A stretch of 64,000 nucleotides of DNA from Basidiobolus meristosporus CBS 931.73 (Eukaryota > Fungi > Basidiobolomycota). This document shows positions 48,131-61,300 of the stretch, piece after piece. The notes below the pieces were generated by a model, which was given only the letters and a program-made list of their open reading frames with translations, had not been told where the DNA came from and searched no databases. Position numbers and translations under genes: made by a program. The DNA lies in contig MCFE01000451.1 of NCBI GenBank assembly GCA_002104905.1, positions 1-64,000 of the forward strand. The letters run 5' to 3'. How positions within the stretch are numbered: the first letter of the stretch is position 1; each line of letters opens with the position of its first letter.

Positions 48131-48559
48131 TTGAATAGTGCCACATTGAGCCATGAGTGCCAAACAATGCCATAGTGTGCCAAGGAGGCCAAGTGCGCCA
48201 ATACTTGGCCACATAGTGTGCAGCATAGCTCTGCATCTTCATGCAAAGCAGCCCCTGTGTTTCACCCATTGTGTTGGAGAAAATCCAATTATTGACCTTT
48301 TTTTTAGGACAATGTTGTACAGGATTTGTAGGTTCACAAAAGGATTGCAGATATACATCTGGTACTCAATACCTATGTCACTGTGAATCTAGCTCATGTG
48401 GCTTGTAACATGTCACAAAAATGCATGGCACTATCTTGGTCTACAAGTACTATCTGGCACTATAAGTACTTTGTATTGATCTTACTTTAGGGCCACTAAT
48501 TAAAAATAGTGCCAGATAGTACCAGTGGATTTTCTCCTTCATCATAGCTGAAACACAGG

Positions 48560-49375
48560 GACTCCAATCAATTGGATGTAGATGGGTCTTCATGAGAAAA
48601 TACAAGGACACATCTTTCTTCACTTACTGGGGAATTTTCATGGAATCCACAAAGGCAACCAACTGTACCACTTTTTACAACCAAAGCAGAGTATATGGCT
48701 GCCTGTGAGGCCAACAAAGAAGTAATGGGGCTACGGAAACTTTTAAGGATATGGACTTGTCTTGAAAATACCAATTACTTTATTCCAAGATGATCAGGGA
48801 TATATATACAATTATGTAGAAATCCAACCTCTCATGCTAGCATTAAGCATGTGTATATTAGACACCATTTTGTATGTGAAGCTATGGAGGGTACTTGGTT
48901 AATCTGCTTACTGTCCAACAGATGAAACAATTGCAGAAATACTTACAAAGCAATTAGTTAGTGACAAGCATGAGCATCTTAGGCCATAATTAGGACTAGT
49001 CAGTATGCATACTCAGTTGAGGGGGAGTGTTGTATAAATTTGTAATTCCACCTACACACTCATCTAAGCTAGTCTCTTAGATCACTGCCTTTAAATCTCC
49101 AAAAATACAGACCAAAATCCTAGTTGTGTCTTACTTAAAATATTTTCACCAGAATATCAGATATAGAGAACATGAAATTCTGATGGTTGGTCAAACACCA
49201 CCAAGTATTGCACACATGTTTTTGGAACCTTTCTAAGCCTATTCTAGATGACTGTTATGCTAAGACCATGTGAAAGTATAACAACTACTTTTGCATTGAA
49301 TAAATGATTAATTGAAAACCACACATTCTACTTGTTTTCCCAATTACTTCCAGTATCTGCAAGACTCTTACAACA
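48560..49375 (+). mobile_element. Copia family A-like 3' end: RNase H, PPT and LTR (49028-49375)
   Basis: PPT GAGGGGGAG, then TGTTGTATAAATTTGTAATTCCACC...CTTACAACA. More diverged than the other A LTRs. Confidence 0.8.
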
Positions 49376-50970
49376 ATGTAGGCAAATTACCACCATCCTG
49401 CCTAAGTATTCCTATAAGTCAGTTTGCAGCAAGGTTATGACTATTGCAGGGCCATTGGTAAGGCCAAAACTAATGACTAAATACCCAAAATGTCAACACT
49501 TGGTCCTAAATGCTATCTTGGGGATATCATCTGGTTTCATTGTAATGTGGTTGTATCCTGACATAAGATCAATATTGCTGAATAAGGGCTTGGTAGTCAT
49601 TTTGCATCCTAATTGATCCATCCTTCTTCACATAAAGCACCAACTCCAAATATAGCTGAGTCATATTCAATAGCAATCTTGATGGCTTCTTCAATAGTAT
49701 GAGGTGTTCAATAGTTCACTTCCTTTCAAATTCTTTCTTTCAAACAATTGATAAGTTTTTCAACGTGATCCAGGTGGTTTGTGTTGAAATATTGGATTAT
49801 TTGGTATCATTCAGCAGCTAAAAATTTACTTAACAATTCTAGGCTAGTCTTAGTCACTGTAGGACTCATTTACTGCCTTAACTTTGCCACTTTCTCCAGA
49901 TATATGATCTTATGATTATTCCCCTATAGTCAGGATCAAATTAGCACTATTACCAAACATTATGTACTAACCCTGAAACTGTTACAGAATGCTCCTGAAT
50001 ACTGAGAAACCCTCCCTAATTAGTGATACAGCTGTATTACTTCTACAAAGGTATAAATACTGAGCTTCTTTATGAATAAACAACAGTTCAACTACTATCA
50101 CTATTTCTTGATAAGTTCCTTATATCCAAATTACTTCTTAAAATTGCAACAGTTTGTTCTTTAAACCTGTCCAAATAGACATCTATATTCATAGATGTAT
50201 TCTTGAGCCATTCCTTTCTCTGAGTGTCTTCAGCTTCCTGCCTTATGGGTCTGCTGATATGGATGCTCAAAAGCATCCTGAATTTCCGGCATAAACTCAT
50301 CAATGAAAGAGTTAGTAGAGCATACCATTGTAAAGCATCCCATTGTGGTGGCTGACCTAATCTTGCTGCAGTACCACTGTAAAGCTGCATCTGCCAGGTA
50401 AGAGGCTGCATAATATAACTTGGTTTCTGAGGCAATTACTGGAGCCTTGAAAGCTTCTTCAATCTGGAAGAGCCAAGTGCACCTGGTTTTGTTCACTCCA
50501 CCATGGTAACAGCTCAACTTCACACCAAAGTTGCTCTTGTCAGGGCATTGTTGGTTCTGGACCATGTAGGTTATTCCTTATTGTTGCCAGCAGAGAATCT
50601 GAAGAAGCTGCTGCTGTTGGGCCAGGATTTGAAGTAAAGGATTCTTTTGTACTAGATTTTCTTACATCTTTGGAGAGGCTTCTTCTTTGTTCAGGAGGAG
50701 AGTTTCTAGTTAATTCTGCTACCAATGTAACAAGTCTTGATATAAGATATGCAGAGGAAAAATGGGTTTTGCTAGCAATTGTACATTAACGCTTGAGCTG
50801 CTTTTTATTCAGGCTCCAGTAGATCCATATAAATGTATTGCCAGATCAATTGCCAACTAATTGTACTTCCAAATGTAAGTTGTGGCCAATGACTCATTTG
50901 ACTGCATTATCATCACCACATAAATATCTCTTATTATATTGATTTCTGCATGATAAGGATCTGCTGATTT
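49376..50970 (-). mobile_element. Ty3/gypsy family E, copy 2: 5' LTR (from 50726), PBS and gag fragment
   Basis: PBS TGGTAGCAGA at 50715-50724; gag WLFQIEEAF..AASYLADAALQWY; 49650-49750 matches 63900-64000. The LTR resumes briefly at 55980. Confidence 0.75.
49782..50151 (+). mobile_element. Solo LTR of copia family D (370 bp)
   Basis: TG..CA ends, reverse complement of the 46254-46622 LTR, perfect 5-bp TSD GTTTG on both sides. Confidence 0.92.
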
Positions 50971-53900
50971 TGTTGCATTTTATGAAGTGATTTGGATTTA
51001 AGGAACTTATCGAGAAATGATGATAATAGCTGAACTGTTGCTTATACATAAGGAAGCTTAGTAGTTTTACCGTTGTAGAGGGAATACAACCACTTTATAG
51101 GAGCAAAGCAACTATAACACTAAGTATGGAAAGCTTCTCAACACTCAGGAGTCCTCATTAACAGCTTCAGGGTTAAGACAGAATATTTGGTAAACTTGTT
51201 AATTTGATCTTGCCTATGGCAGAATGATCATTGCATGATAGATCTGACAAAAGTGGCAAAGTTAGGGCTGGAGGTTAATCCTACAGTGACCAAGACTTGT
51301 CCAAAATTGTCAAATAAATTTTAGCTGTTGAATGATACCAACTGGTGCAATATTTTAACACTCCCCCTCAACTTACTTATTTCTTAATCCTGATTCTTAT
51401 CTGAGATTCTCAAATTGTGGCCTAGCCAGTGGTTTTGTCAGTTGGACAGTAAACTTACGCTAGTTACAAGTCTTGGTATAAGAGTGGCAGAGGAATAGGG
51501 AGTTTAGCTAGTAATGTATTCACTAAAACTTGAACTCATTTATGTTGAGGTTCAAGCAGCTACTTATATATAGTTTTGCCAGATCAATTGCTGACTAATT
51601 GTATTTTCTAATGTAGGTTGTGGCTGATGACTTGTTTAGTTGCATCATCATCACCAAAGAAGATGCTACCTAATATATCTATTCCTGTCTGATAAGGATC
51701 TGCATATTCATCTGCTGACTAATGCTACTGATTTTATAGATAACACTGATATTCTGATTGGTTAACCTTATGACTAATTGATTTGACTAAAAATGATATA
51801 ACTTAAACATTCATGTGGTAGATCATAACGCTTTATCAAGTTATTTTCTACAGCTTCCCTTACCCAGTTGTGTTGTATACCTATGTACTTAGTTCTGGCA
51901 TGATTAGTAGGATCTGTGGCTAGTAAAACACAACTTTCATTATCCTTCTAAATACAAGTTGGCTATCTGAGTTAAAACCTAAGTCATTGGGTGATTTTTG
52001 TAGCCATTTAGCCTCCTTAGTTCCTTGACAAGCATTCATATATTCAGCTTCAGTTGTAGACAGGGCCACAGTTGGTTGTTTCTTGCAACTTTAAGTAATA
52101 GCTGCGCCAGCATAAGAAAATACATGCTCAGTAATAGTGTCTTTCAATCAGATCCCTACCCCAACCAAATCACCATAACAATCAAAGTGTTGCTTATTTG
52201 CTGCTCCATAGTTTCCCAGTACCATATATGGTACCTTGAAGATATCTGAAAATTCTCTCAACCAATGCAATTTGATCTGAGGCTTAATTTTGCATGAATA
52301 ACTGACAATATCAGCATTCATTGCAATATCTAGATGTGTAGAAATAATCAGGTATATCAGGCTACTAACCATTAGGTAATAGGCAAGATTTTACTCAATA
52401 TTTGACCCATTTTCACCTAAACTGGCTGAGATTTGCTCAGCTTCAGGTTATTATCCATAGGGGTGGCTGTAGATTTGCAATTTTCTATTTGAAGCAACTG
52501 AGATTGTCTCTGATGTACAAAGACCCATTTAGAACATTCCTCTGCATTGGTCTGTTAAATATGATTTTGATTCCAACAAAATAGCTCAATTTTCCAAGAT
52601 ATTTCATTTATAACATGCTGAAGAGATCTGCTTTTGTCTATTAAAGTGCCTCCTGGTCACTTGTAGCTATTATTAGGCTATCCACATCAATAACTAGGAT
52701 GATCTACCCTTTTTGAGCTCTTTCACGCACATGCAGGAATCTGCAGTGATACAATGAACTCAGTCTCCTCTAGATATGTGTCAATCTTGTCATACCATGC
52801 CCTAGGTGCCTATTTAGGCCCACACAATTGTTTCCTCAGTCTACACACCCATCAGGGGCCTTTTGGATTTGTAAAATCTTCTTGTTGCTTCAGATATGTG
52901 TTTGCTTGCAGATCCCCATTTAGAAAGGCTGTTTTAACCTCCATTTAGTATAGATCCAGACTATGTACAGCTGTCAGGGCTACAACAGTTGTAATGGAAT
53001 TAAACTTGGCAACTAGAGCAAATGTTTCCTCAAAGTCTAGTCCCTGGATCTGGGAATAGCTTTTAGTCACTAAACTAGCCTTCTACTTATCAACAATATC
53101 ATTTGAGGTTATCTTGATTGTATGGACCCATATGCATCCTATTGGCTTTGTCCCATTTAATGAATTTACCAGTTCCCACGTTATTGCCCTGATTGGTAAT
53201 TAGCACTCTTCCTGCATGGCTTGTTGTCACATATTAGCATCTGGGCTCTGAATTACCTGTTCCAGATTCTGAGGGTTGGCACATAAGGTAAGATAAGCTT
53301 CTTCATGATCACTTGATGTCTGCCATCAGATTCCAGGGGGATTTCTTATTCTGGAGGATCTCCTAACTGGGATAATTGGCCCCAGTCTGGAACAGGTAGA
53401 GTTATCATCTGTGTCTGGCTGAAATAGGTACATATATTCTTCATTAGTGTTGATTGCATCATCAAGCAACTGTCCAATATTTCAGTAGCTTTCTGATTGG
53501 AATTCTCCTCAAATAAAGTGTCCCTGCCCTGGATTAGCTTCAGAATCTTGCCTTCATGCACTCTGTACTCTTTGGTATCCTCACAGTACCCAAGAATGAT
53601 CCCTTTTGCAATCATTGGTTCCAACTTTGAGCGTTTTTTGTCAGGGATGTGATAAAGAGCATCACTGCCAAAGATCCTGAGGGGCTGGAGTTCTGGTTTT
53701 TTGCCTGTATATGCTTCAAAGGGTGTAGGGTTACATAGAGCTGTTTTTGGTCATCTATTGTAAGTGTATACCATGATACCAACAGATTTAGCCTAAAAAT
53801 GTGGTCCATTACTTTTCCATGTAGCATAGACCTTCTCAGCACTGCTATTGTTCTATTTGCATGTTATGCTACTCCATTTTGGTGTGGAATATGTGGAACA

Positions 53901-55979
53901 GTGGTCTGCTGAAGTATACCTGTAGATGAGCAGTACTTTGCAAACTCCCTTGAGCTGTATTCCCTTCCATTGTCACTTCAAATTACCTTCAATGGTCACC
54001 CATTTTGTGTTTCTGGCATGTTCCTAAACTGCCTAAGCATCCCCAAAGCCTCATTCTTTGTTGTGAAGACGAACAACCATGTATATCTTGTCTTGTCATC
54101 ATTAAAAGTCATAAAGTTTCTCTTGGCTCTAACAGACAGTGTTCTCATGGGCCCACATATATCTGAGTGTACAAAAGTCAGTATTTTGGTAGTGTCAATG
54201 CCTTGTGAGCTATTGAAACACTGCCTAGCTTGTTTGTCATAAAAACATCCCTAATAGATGTTGTATTATATAGGAATTGAGTAATATAGGCTCAAGACAA
54301 GTTGATTTTCACCAGATGGCTTGTTTTCTGGTCCCCAATGCATCCTTGCCTCCTATGCCATGTCTCTCAGTTAGTTTCATCAGTTTCTGTACTGCTCACA
54401 TACTTGGGAACAATGAGTTTAGATTGTAACATGTATACTTTGTGACCTCTGGTTCCCAAAGCTAATTTTTGTCCATTTTCACTCAATGTTGGGCAGCTCA
54501 GCTTAGTAAAAGCAATTTTTAGTCCCTTAGTTGTTGTTCTACTGGCTGAGAGTGGGTTTTTAGCTGCTTTAGGTGCATACAGTATGTCAGTCAGTTCTGC
54601 TGTTGTAGCCCCTGAGATGTTACTCATATTTAGCTGTATTGACCCACTGGTGGTAGGTCCAGTGCAGAGTTGTCTCCCAGATAAACCTCTCTTATAAGAA
54701 TAGTCTTAAAGTTGCTGAACCACTTCTTCAAACCGCATATATGCTGTGATGCTCCACAGACAATACACCATTCGCTACCATGGTTACTTGCACTCTCTTG
54801 CACTGTTACAAATAACTGTGCCACAGTAGTTATGTGGTTTGCCTGCTTTAGTTCCTGTTTTTTGTCAGCTTATTTCTACTTGCATTCTCTGGCCCAGTGT
54901 CCTGGCTTCTTACAGTGATTACAGCAACCAGGTTTTCTTTTTCTTTGTTGCTTTCCCTTCTTTTCTGCTATATTGTCAATTTTGTATGCATGATCATCAT
55001 GTCTGAGCTCTCCTGGGAGAAGTGTTCCTTCAACATAAGCTACAGTCAGATTGTTTTCTCTGCTTTCAAACAAAGTGTGAGTTGCTCTTACTTGTCTGGT
55101 AAGCGGCAAAGCAGAAAGAGTATCTTTTTTTCATCATCTACACCAGCATTGATACTGTATAGTTCTTCTGCAAGTGTCTCTATTCTTGTAATGAGCTGTA
55201 GCATGTCATCATTTGGCTTCCTTCTCATGTTGAAAAGCTTTTGTTTACATAAAGCTTGCATGGCACTGACTCTGCTCTAAAAATCCTTTCCAAGGATACC
55301 CATGCTGCTTTGTCAGTATTTGGAGCATGAATTTGCCAAATGAAGGCATCTTAAACATTGATACATATGGCATATCAGGCTTCTCTTTCCTTCTCTTGAA
55401 ACTTCTCCACTTCTTCAGCTGTTCTTTTGAGCCCAACTTCTCTTCCTGTAATTATACTCCTAAGCTTTCTTTCCTCAAGGAGGATCTACAATATGATTCT
55501 GTAAAGTCTGTAGTTCTTCCATTCAAGCCTCACAGGGAAAATGTTTGTTTTGTGCTGTATGTTGGTAGATGTCATTGTTTAAATAGATTAAGAAAATTGG
55601 GGCTCAGAACCCATTGCAACTTAAGAAGCGATTTGGATATAAGGAACTTATCAAGAAATAGTGATAATAGTTGAACTGCTGTTTATTCAAAGGAAGCTCA
55701 GTATTTATACCTTTGTAGGAGCAAAGCAACTATAACACCTAGTATGGAGGGCTTCTCAACACTCAGGAGCATTCTTTGACACTTTCAAGGTTAGCACATA
55801 ATATCCATTAAAGATACTAATTAGATCTTGACTATATGGGAATAGCCATAAGATCATAGATCTGCAGAAAGTGACACAGTTAGGTCTGTAGGCTAGTACT
55901 ACAGTGTCTAAGACTAGTCCAGAATTTTTAAGTAAAATTTTAGCTGCTGAATGATACCAAATAGTCCATTATTCCAACA
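50971..55979 (-). mobile_element. Ty1/copia family D, copy 2: full length but heavily decayed
   Basis: LTRs 50971-51360 and 55612-55979; PPT GTTGAGGGGGAG; PBS variant GGTTCTGAGCCCC; flanks GATTT/GATTC form a one-mismatch TSD. Confidence 0.85.
51462..51829 (-). mobile_element. Solo LTR of gypsy family E inside copia D copy 2
   Basis: Collinear with LTR 56015-56382; ACGCT occurs on both sides, with eroded LTR ends. Confidence 0.8.
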
Positions 55980-58334
55980 GATTCTTCTTCTGACTGATAC
56001 TGCAGGTTTCATAGTGTTACAAGTCTTGGTATAAGAGTTGTAGAGGAATAGGGAGCTTAGCTAGTATTGTATTCACTAAAACTTGAACTGATCTTTATTG
56101 AGGTTCCAGCAGCTCCTTATATACATTTTGTCAGATCAACTGCTGACTAATTATATTTCCTAATGTAAGTTGTGGCTGATGACTCATTTGATTGCATCAT
56201 CATCACCCAATAAGATCCTACTTAATATATCTATTTCTGTCTGATAAGGATCTGCTGATTCATTTGCTGACTAATGCTACTGATTTTTTAGATAATACTG
56301 ATATATTGATAACCTAAGCATATACCAATAGATTTGACTAAAAACTGATCTAACTTAAACATTCAAGCTGCAGATCATAACATTCTCCCCTGCTAAAGTT
56401 GTGAGTTCTCCTGAATCTCTTTTCTTGTGATACCAATACCTTGATGGTTCAGTATTATTAGCAAGTCTTGCAAGCTTGAGTCTGTCCCTATGCACTAAGT
56501 CTTCCTGGATATTACCTTGTTTGTCCACCAGTTGGTAAGTTGCAAATGGACATTCCCTGATGATATTGAATGGTCCTGTCCATTGTGGCTCAAACTTCTT
56601 CCAAGTGTTGTTTCTTAGCAATACAAAGTTCCCAACTGTCAATGCTTCTGGCGCTATAGTCTTATCAAATCTCTGCTTCATCTTTTCTGCACTTGGAGAT
56701 ACTTTGGTCTATGCCTCTTGACATCTTTGTTCCAGTTGCTGGTGTCTACTTGGCTGACTGAGTTCATCTTCTAAGGTGCCTGTAAGCTTTGGTTGTGTGA
56801 GATCTCCTGGAATTCTTGGTTCACATCCATACACTAAGTAAAATGGTGATTGCTGGGTGGTGTTGTGTACTCTGACTCTGCATGCAAAGAGTGCTTGGTC
56901 TATATACACATCCCATCTACTGACAGCTCCATTTGCATACTTGGTCAGCATTTTTCCATATAATCCATTAAACCACTCAGTGACTCCATTAGTTCTGGGG
57001 TGATATGCCAAGGTTTTCAAGTGCCTGATCTGCTGCATTTCCAGGTAAGCCTGCAATGTCTTTGCCATAAAGTTTGCTCCTCTGTCAGATAAGATCTCCA
57101 CAGGGCATCCAAACTTCATCAGGATCTCATGGTAAATGAAACTTGCAACTTCTTGTTCACTGGCTATTGGTACAGCTTTAGCCACTGGCCATTTTGTAGC
57201 ATGGTCAATTGCTACTAGGATGCAATGGTTGCATTTCCTGGTAGTTGGCAGTCTTCCAATAAAGTCAATTCCGCATCTCTCAAATGGTCTTATAGGCTCC
57301 AAGGGAATGAGTTTGGCAATTCTCTGTGGTTGCCCTTGGTTGATTTGGCAATTTGGGCATGTTTTCACTAGCTTCTCAATGTCTTGTTTCATTCTGGGTC
57401 ACCATGCTCTGGCTTTCACAAGACTATAGGTTCCTTCAATTCCAAGATGTCCTTATCCATTGTATAGCTTATGTATTAAATCCAGGCAAGAAACATAAGG
57501 GCAATAGGCAATAGGGCTTCCATCAACAATTTAGTAGAGTGTTTCATCCTGTACTACAAATTTGCTGGCTTCATCCTGGATTATCTTCTTGGTATCTTCA
57601 TCCAACTCATTAGCAATGGCTTGGTCCTCCAAGTACTTTGGTAATAGGCTAGGCCAATCTGATTCATGCACCAAGTTGAGTTGTGCAACTTGATCTAATC
57701 TTGATAAGGCATCAGTAACCGTGTTGTTTTTTCCAGGGCAGTAGACAATCTTCAAGTCAAATTGCTGAATGTATTCACTCCATCTTGTCATTCTTCTAGA
57801 GAGTACATTCTGAGTAAATACAAACTTGAGGGAGGCATGATCAGTCTTCACAGTGCAACTGACTCCTTCAATATAGCATCTCCATGTCTTCAAACAGTGT
57901 ATTATTGCAAGCATCTCCTTCTCATGGACTGGATAGTTTTGCTCTGCTGAGTTCAGTTTCTTGAAATCAAAGGCAACATGGTAGTCCTTACCCTTGTGTT
58001 TGTGACTCAGCACTCCACCAATTGCATAATCTGAAGCATCCGTGCACAGAGTAAACTCTTTTCTGAAGTCAGGTATTCTTAAGCTTGGTAGTTTAGCAAC
58101 TTCATTCTTGAGTGTCTGAAAGGCAGTCTCACAAGCTATGTCCCACTTATAGGTGTTGTCTTTCTTGAGGATATCAGTTAAAGGGGCTGCAATACTTGCA
58201 AAGGATCTGACAAATCTCCAATAATAGGAAACCATTCTAAGGAATGATCTGAGTTCTGATATGCTATGGGGCTGCTTCAGGTTCTTGATAACTTCAACCT
58301 TCTCAGGGTCTAAGGTTACTCCTGTGCCAGTCAC

Positions 58335-61300
58335 TGTGAGTACTAAATGCAGTACCTACTCTTTGCCCAAGAGTTCTCCCCAGAGTCTTACCCAAAGTCC
58401 CCCAGTATCCTCCCGATGATTCCCCCACTTGCCCTCCCTCCCATCCCGGCCCTTATCTAGTCAGAACACTTACCACAACAGGAAGATGTTCACACCCCTA
58501 TTTTATAACACATTGTCTATTATCTAAGCCCCTGAGGGATATATATCTACCCAATTGAACCAAGTAAGAGATCAAGGAGATTTGGGACAAAATAAACACA
58601 AGTCTTTATTACCTTGCTACCTTCTGTCGGAAGCTATTCTGAACCAAGTGGTACTGACTTGACCTACAAGCTCTCCCACTCACCAAGTACAGTCAGTAAT
58701 AACCCACATATTTGGTGCCATCTCTGCAGAAATAAGCACAAGTGAGGTAATGACTACTACAATCAAACTAAAAACATACAAGGGAAAGAGAGAGAAAGCC
58801 CTTGAGTGGTTTGATAAGTTTCAGAGAGTTGCGGTTGGTGCAGGATGGGATGACAATAAGAAAGTAAGGGAGTTTGCAAGACATAAGGAAGGGTCAGCAT
58901 GGCTATGGCATTATGGATTGGAAGACGCAGTTAAAGACAACTGGGATGCACTAGAAGAAGCCTACAAGACATGCTTTCTATATGCCAAAGGATACCACTA
59001 CAAAGCCCTTCTACTGTCCTCACAGAAGAAAAGCAGTGAGAGCTATGAAGCCTACACTGAACTGTTCCTCCAACAAGTTCAATGTCTCACAAAGGACAAA
59101 ATTGCCAAACAACAGCTCATGAGGTATTGCATCATGGGCTTAGACAACAAAATAAGACGTAGGGCATCCAAAGAACAACAGGGATGTAAAATGCTGCAAG
59201 AGCTGGTCAAACAAGTGCAAGGGGTCATCTTGCTATGGGGGCTACCCTATAGCTATACAAATGATTGAAGGACAGGGATCCCTTCTAAGAAAGGAGAAAT
59301 TGCCTCCCCAAAAGACCGTGAGTTAGAAGAATTACGGCAAAAGGTCCAAGAACTCTCAATCAACAATGTCCAAGTAGTACCCAAAGAAAGTGATAAACTC
59401 TGGGAAGCTGTTGAAGATCTAAAGACCCAGGTACAAGCCCTGACCCAACAGATGGAACAACCGCAACAACAGTATCCGTGTTATGTGTGTGGAGAAGTAG
59501 GTCACTGGGCCCACAAATGTGAAAAACGGTACGGACAAGAAGCCGTACCGGACACAAAAGGGAAGAAGGCATCAAAAGACAGAGTCCCTTGCCAGGAGGC
59601 CAATGGGACTCAGTCAATCTAAGCCCTCCGGTCAGGACAGACAAAGTGCAGAAGAAGAAGCATTGACATGATGCTTCTAGAGAGGAGGCAAAGGAACCTG
59701 TAGTAGAGGCTCTGTTAAAAGGAAAGAACGCGGAATTAGGTGAAGAAGTACGGAATGAGCCTTGGGAAGAAGTGTTAAAACGGACAAAGAACGCTAGCAT
59801 GTCTTCCCATGGCCTATTCCCCATAATGAAAGTACTAGAGCAAACCAAGGCAACCCTCCCAATAACCAACTTACTGGGACTTGCCCTGGCTCTAGTCAAG
59901 GAACTGATAGAGGGATTGAAGGAGATAACAACCCTTCATGTCAACCAGAGGGTCCTGCAAAAACCAATTAAAGGTACATACGTCAAGGTACACTTGTGCA
60001 AAATGATGGGCGTGAAACAGGTCTTCACGGCCACGTATCACCCCCAGACCAACAGATTAACTGAGAGGATGAACCAGACGTGTTGCCGCATACTAGAGAA
60101 GCTCCACTGGGAACTACCCCAATCATGGGCCAAGCTACTCCCACTAACACTCCTAGCAAGGTGTACAATACCAAATAAAACAACAGGTTTCTCCCCGTAC
60201 AAAGTTCTGTACGGATAAAGGCCCAAGTGGTGTGAAGAAACTGGATTGATGATGGAAGGTGTCCCCTTGACAACAAATAACAACTATGTAGAAAGGTTGA
60301 TACACCGTATTGCCCACCTATACATAAAAGTATTTGAAAATGTCAACAAGCACCTTCCCCCTCCACCCAAAAATGAGAAACTAGCGGGACAAAAGTGGAA
60401 ACCAGGCAATAAAGTGTGGTACAATCAAACCGTTGCAGGCCTCAAGTTTTGCCCACAATTTACACCCCAATGGATTGGCCCTTGCACCATCATTAGCTTG
60501 GACCACGGGCCAAAGTACACCATTACCCTGAACAACAAGACAATCTGCAATGTAGCACCAGCCCATCTGAAACCATTTCATGATGATCCACCAATCATCA
60601 CTGAAACCAAGGTGTGATTAAACAATTATCAGGACAAGGATAGAGCAAGATACGGGATACATACAAAGTTTATTAGAGGAGATTTTAGGCAATATAGGCA
60701 CAAATGATATGCACAAGGAAGTTTGCTCAAAAGGGAGAACAAAAGAATGTATATGGAAAGTGCCAAAGGAAACAGTTCACCCAAAACTGGCAATACCCCT
60801 CCCACCAGCAAGAACCAAGATGATATCAACAACAAAACCAACCTGCAAGTGTTGAGAGATATGGTACAAGCGTTATGTGAGACAAGAGCCACCTATGAAG
60901 AGTTGTTTGCTGGAGCAGTCACATTGATACAAGACACAATCAGAGAGGGACAAGACAAGTTACCCACACCAATACAAAGCATGCAGATACTACCCAAGAA
61001 GACAGTATACCACCTAAGAGGAGGTTCCTTGATCATTCAGGAGAAGGATGCCGCACTGATTCCTGTATCCATACTGGACACAGTCAGACTGAAGACACAA
61101 GGAATCAACTGTTGTGCCCTCACAAGACCTTGAGAGCCCCCCTGTTTTGTTGCATACTTGCCATTGATAGGTACCATGGTTGTTGAGGTATATGCAGACC
61201 TGGTAGAAGCAGCAAGAGCACCAGAAGTAGAGCTCCTGATCAAAGAACTCCTCCAAGAAATTTGCAAACATCTCAAACCGCACTTTCAAGAAGGAACCAT

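Noticed and set aside
61131-61133. In-frame TGA as selenocysteine or programmed readthrough
   Set aside because: The same frame also has a TAA, the surrounding elements are full of transition-derived stops, and no SECIS-like structure was seen.
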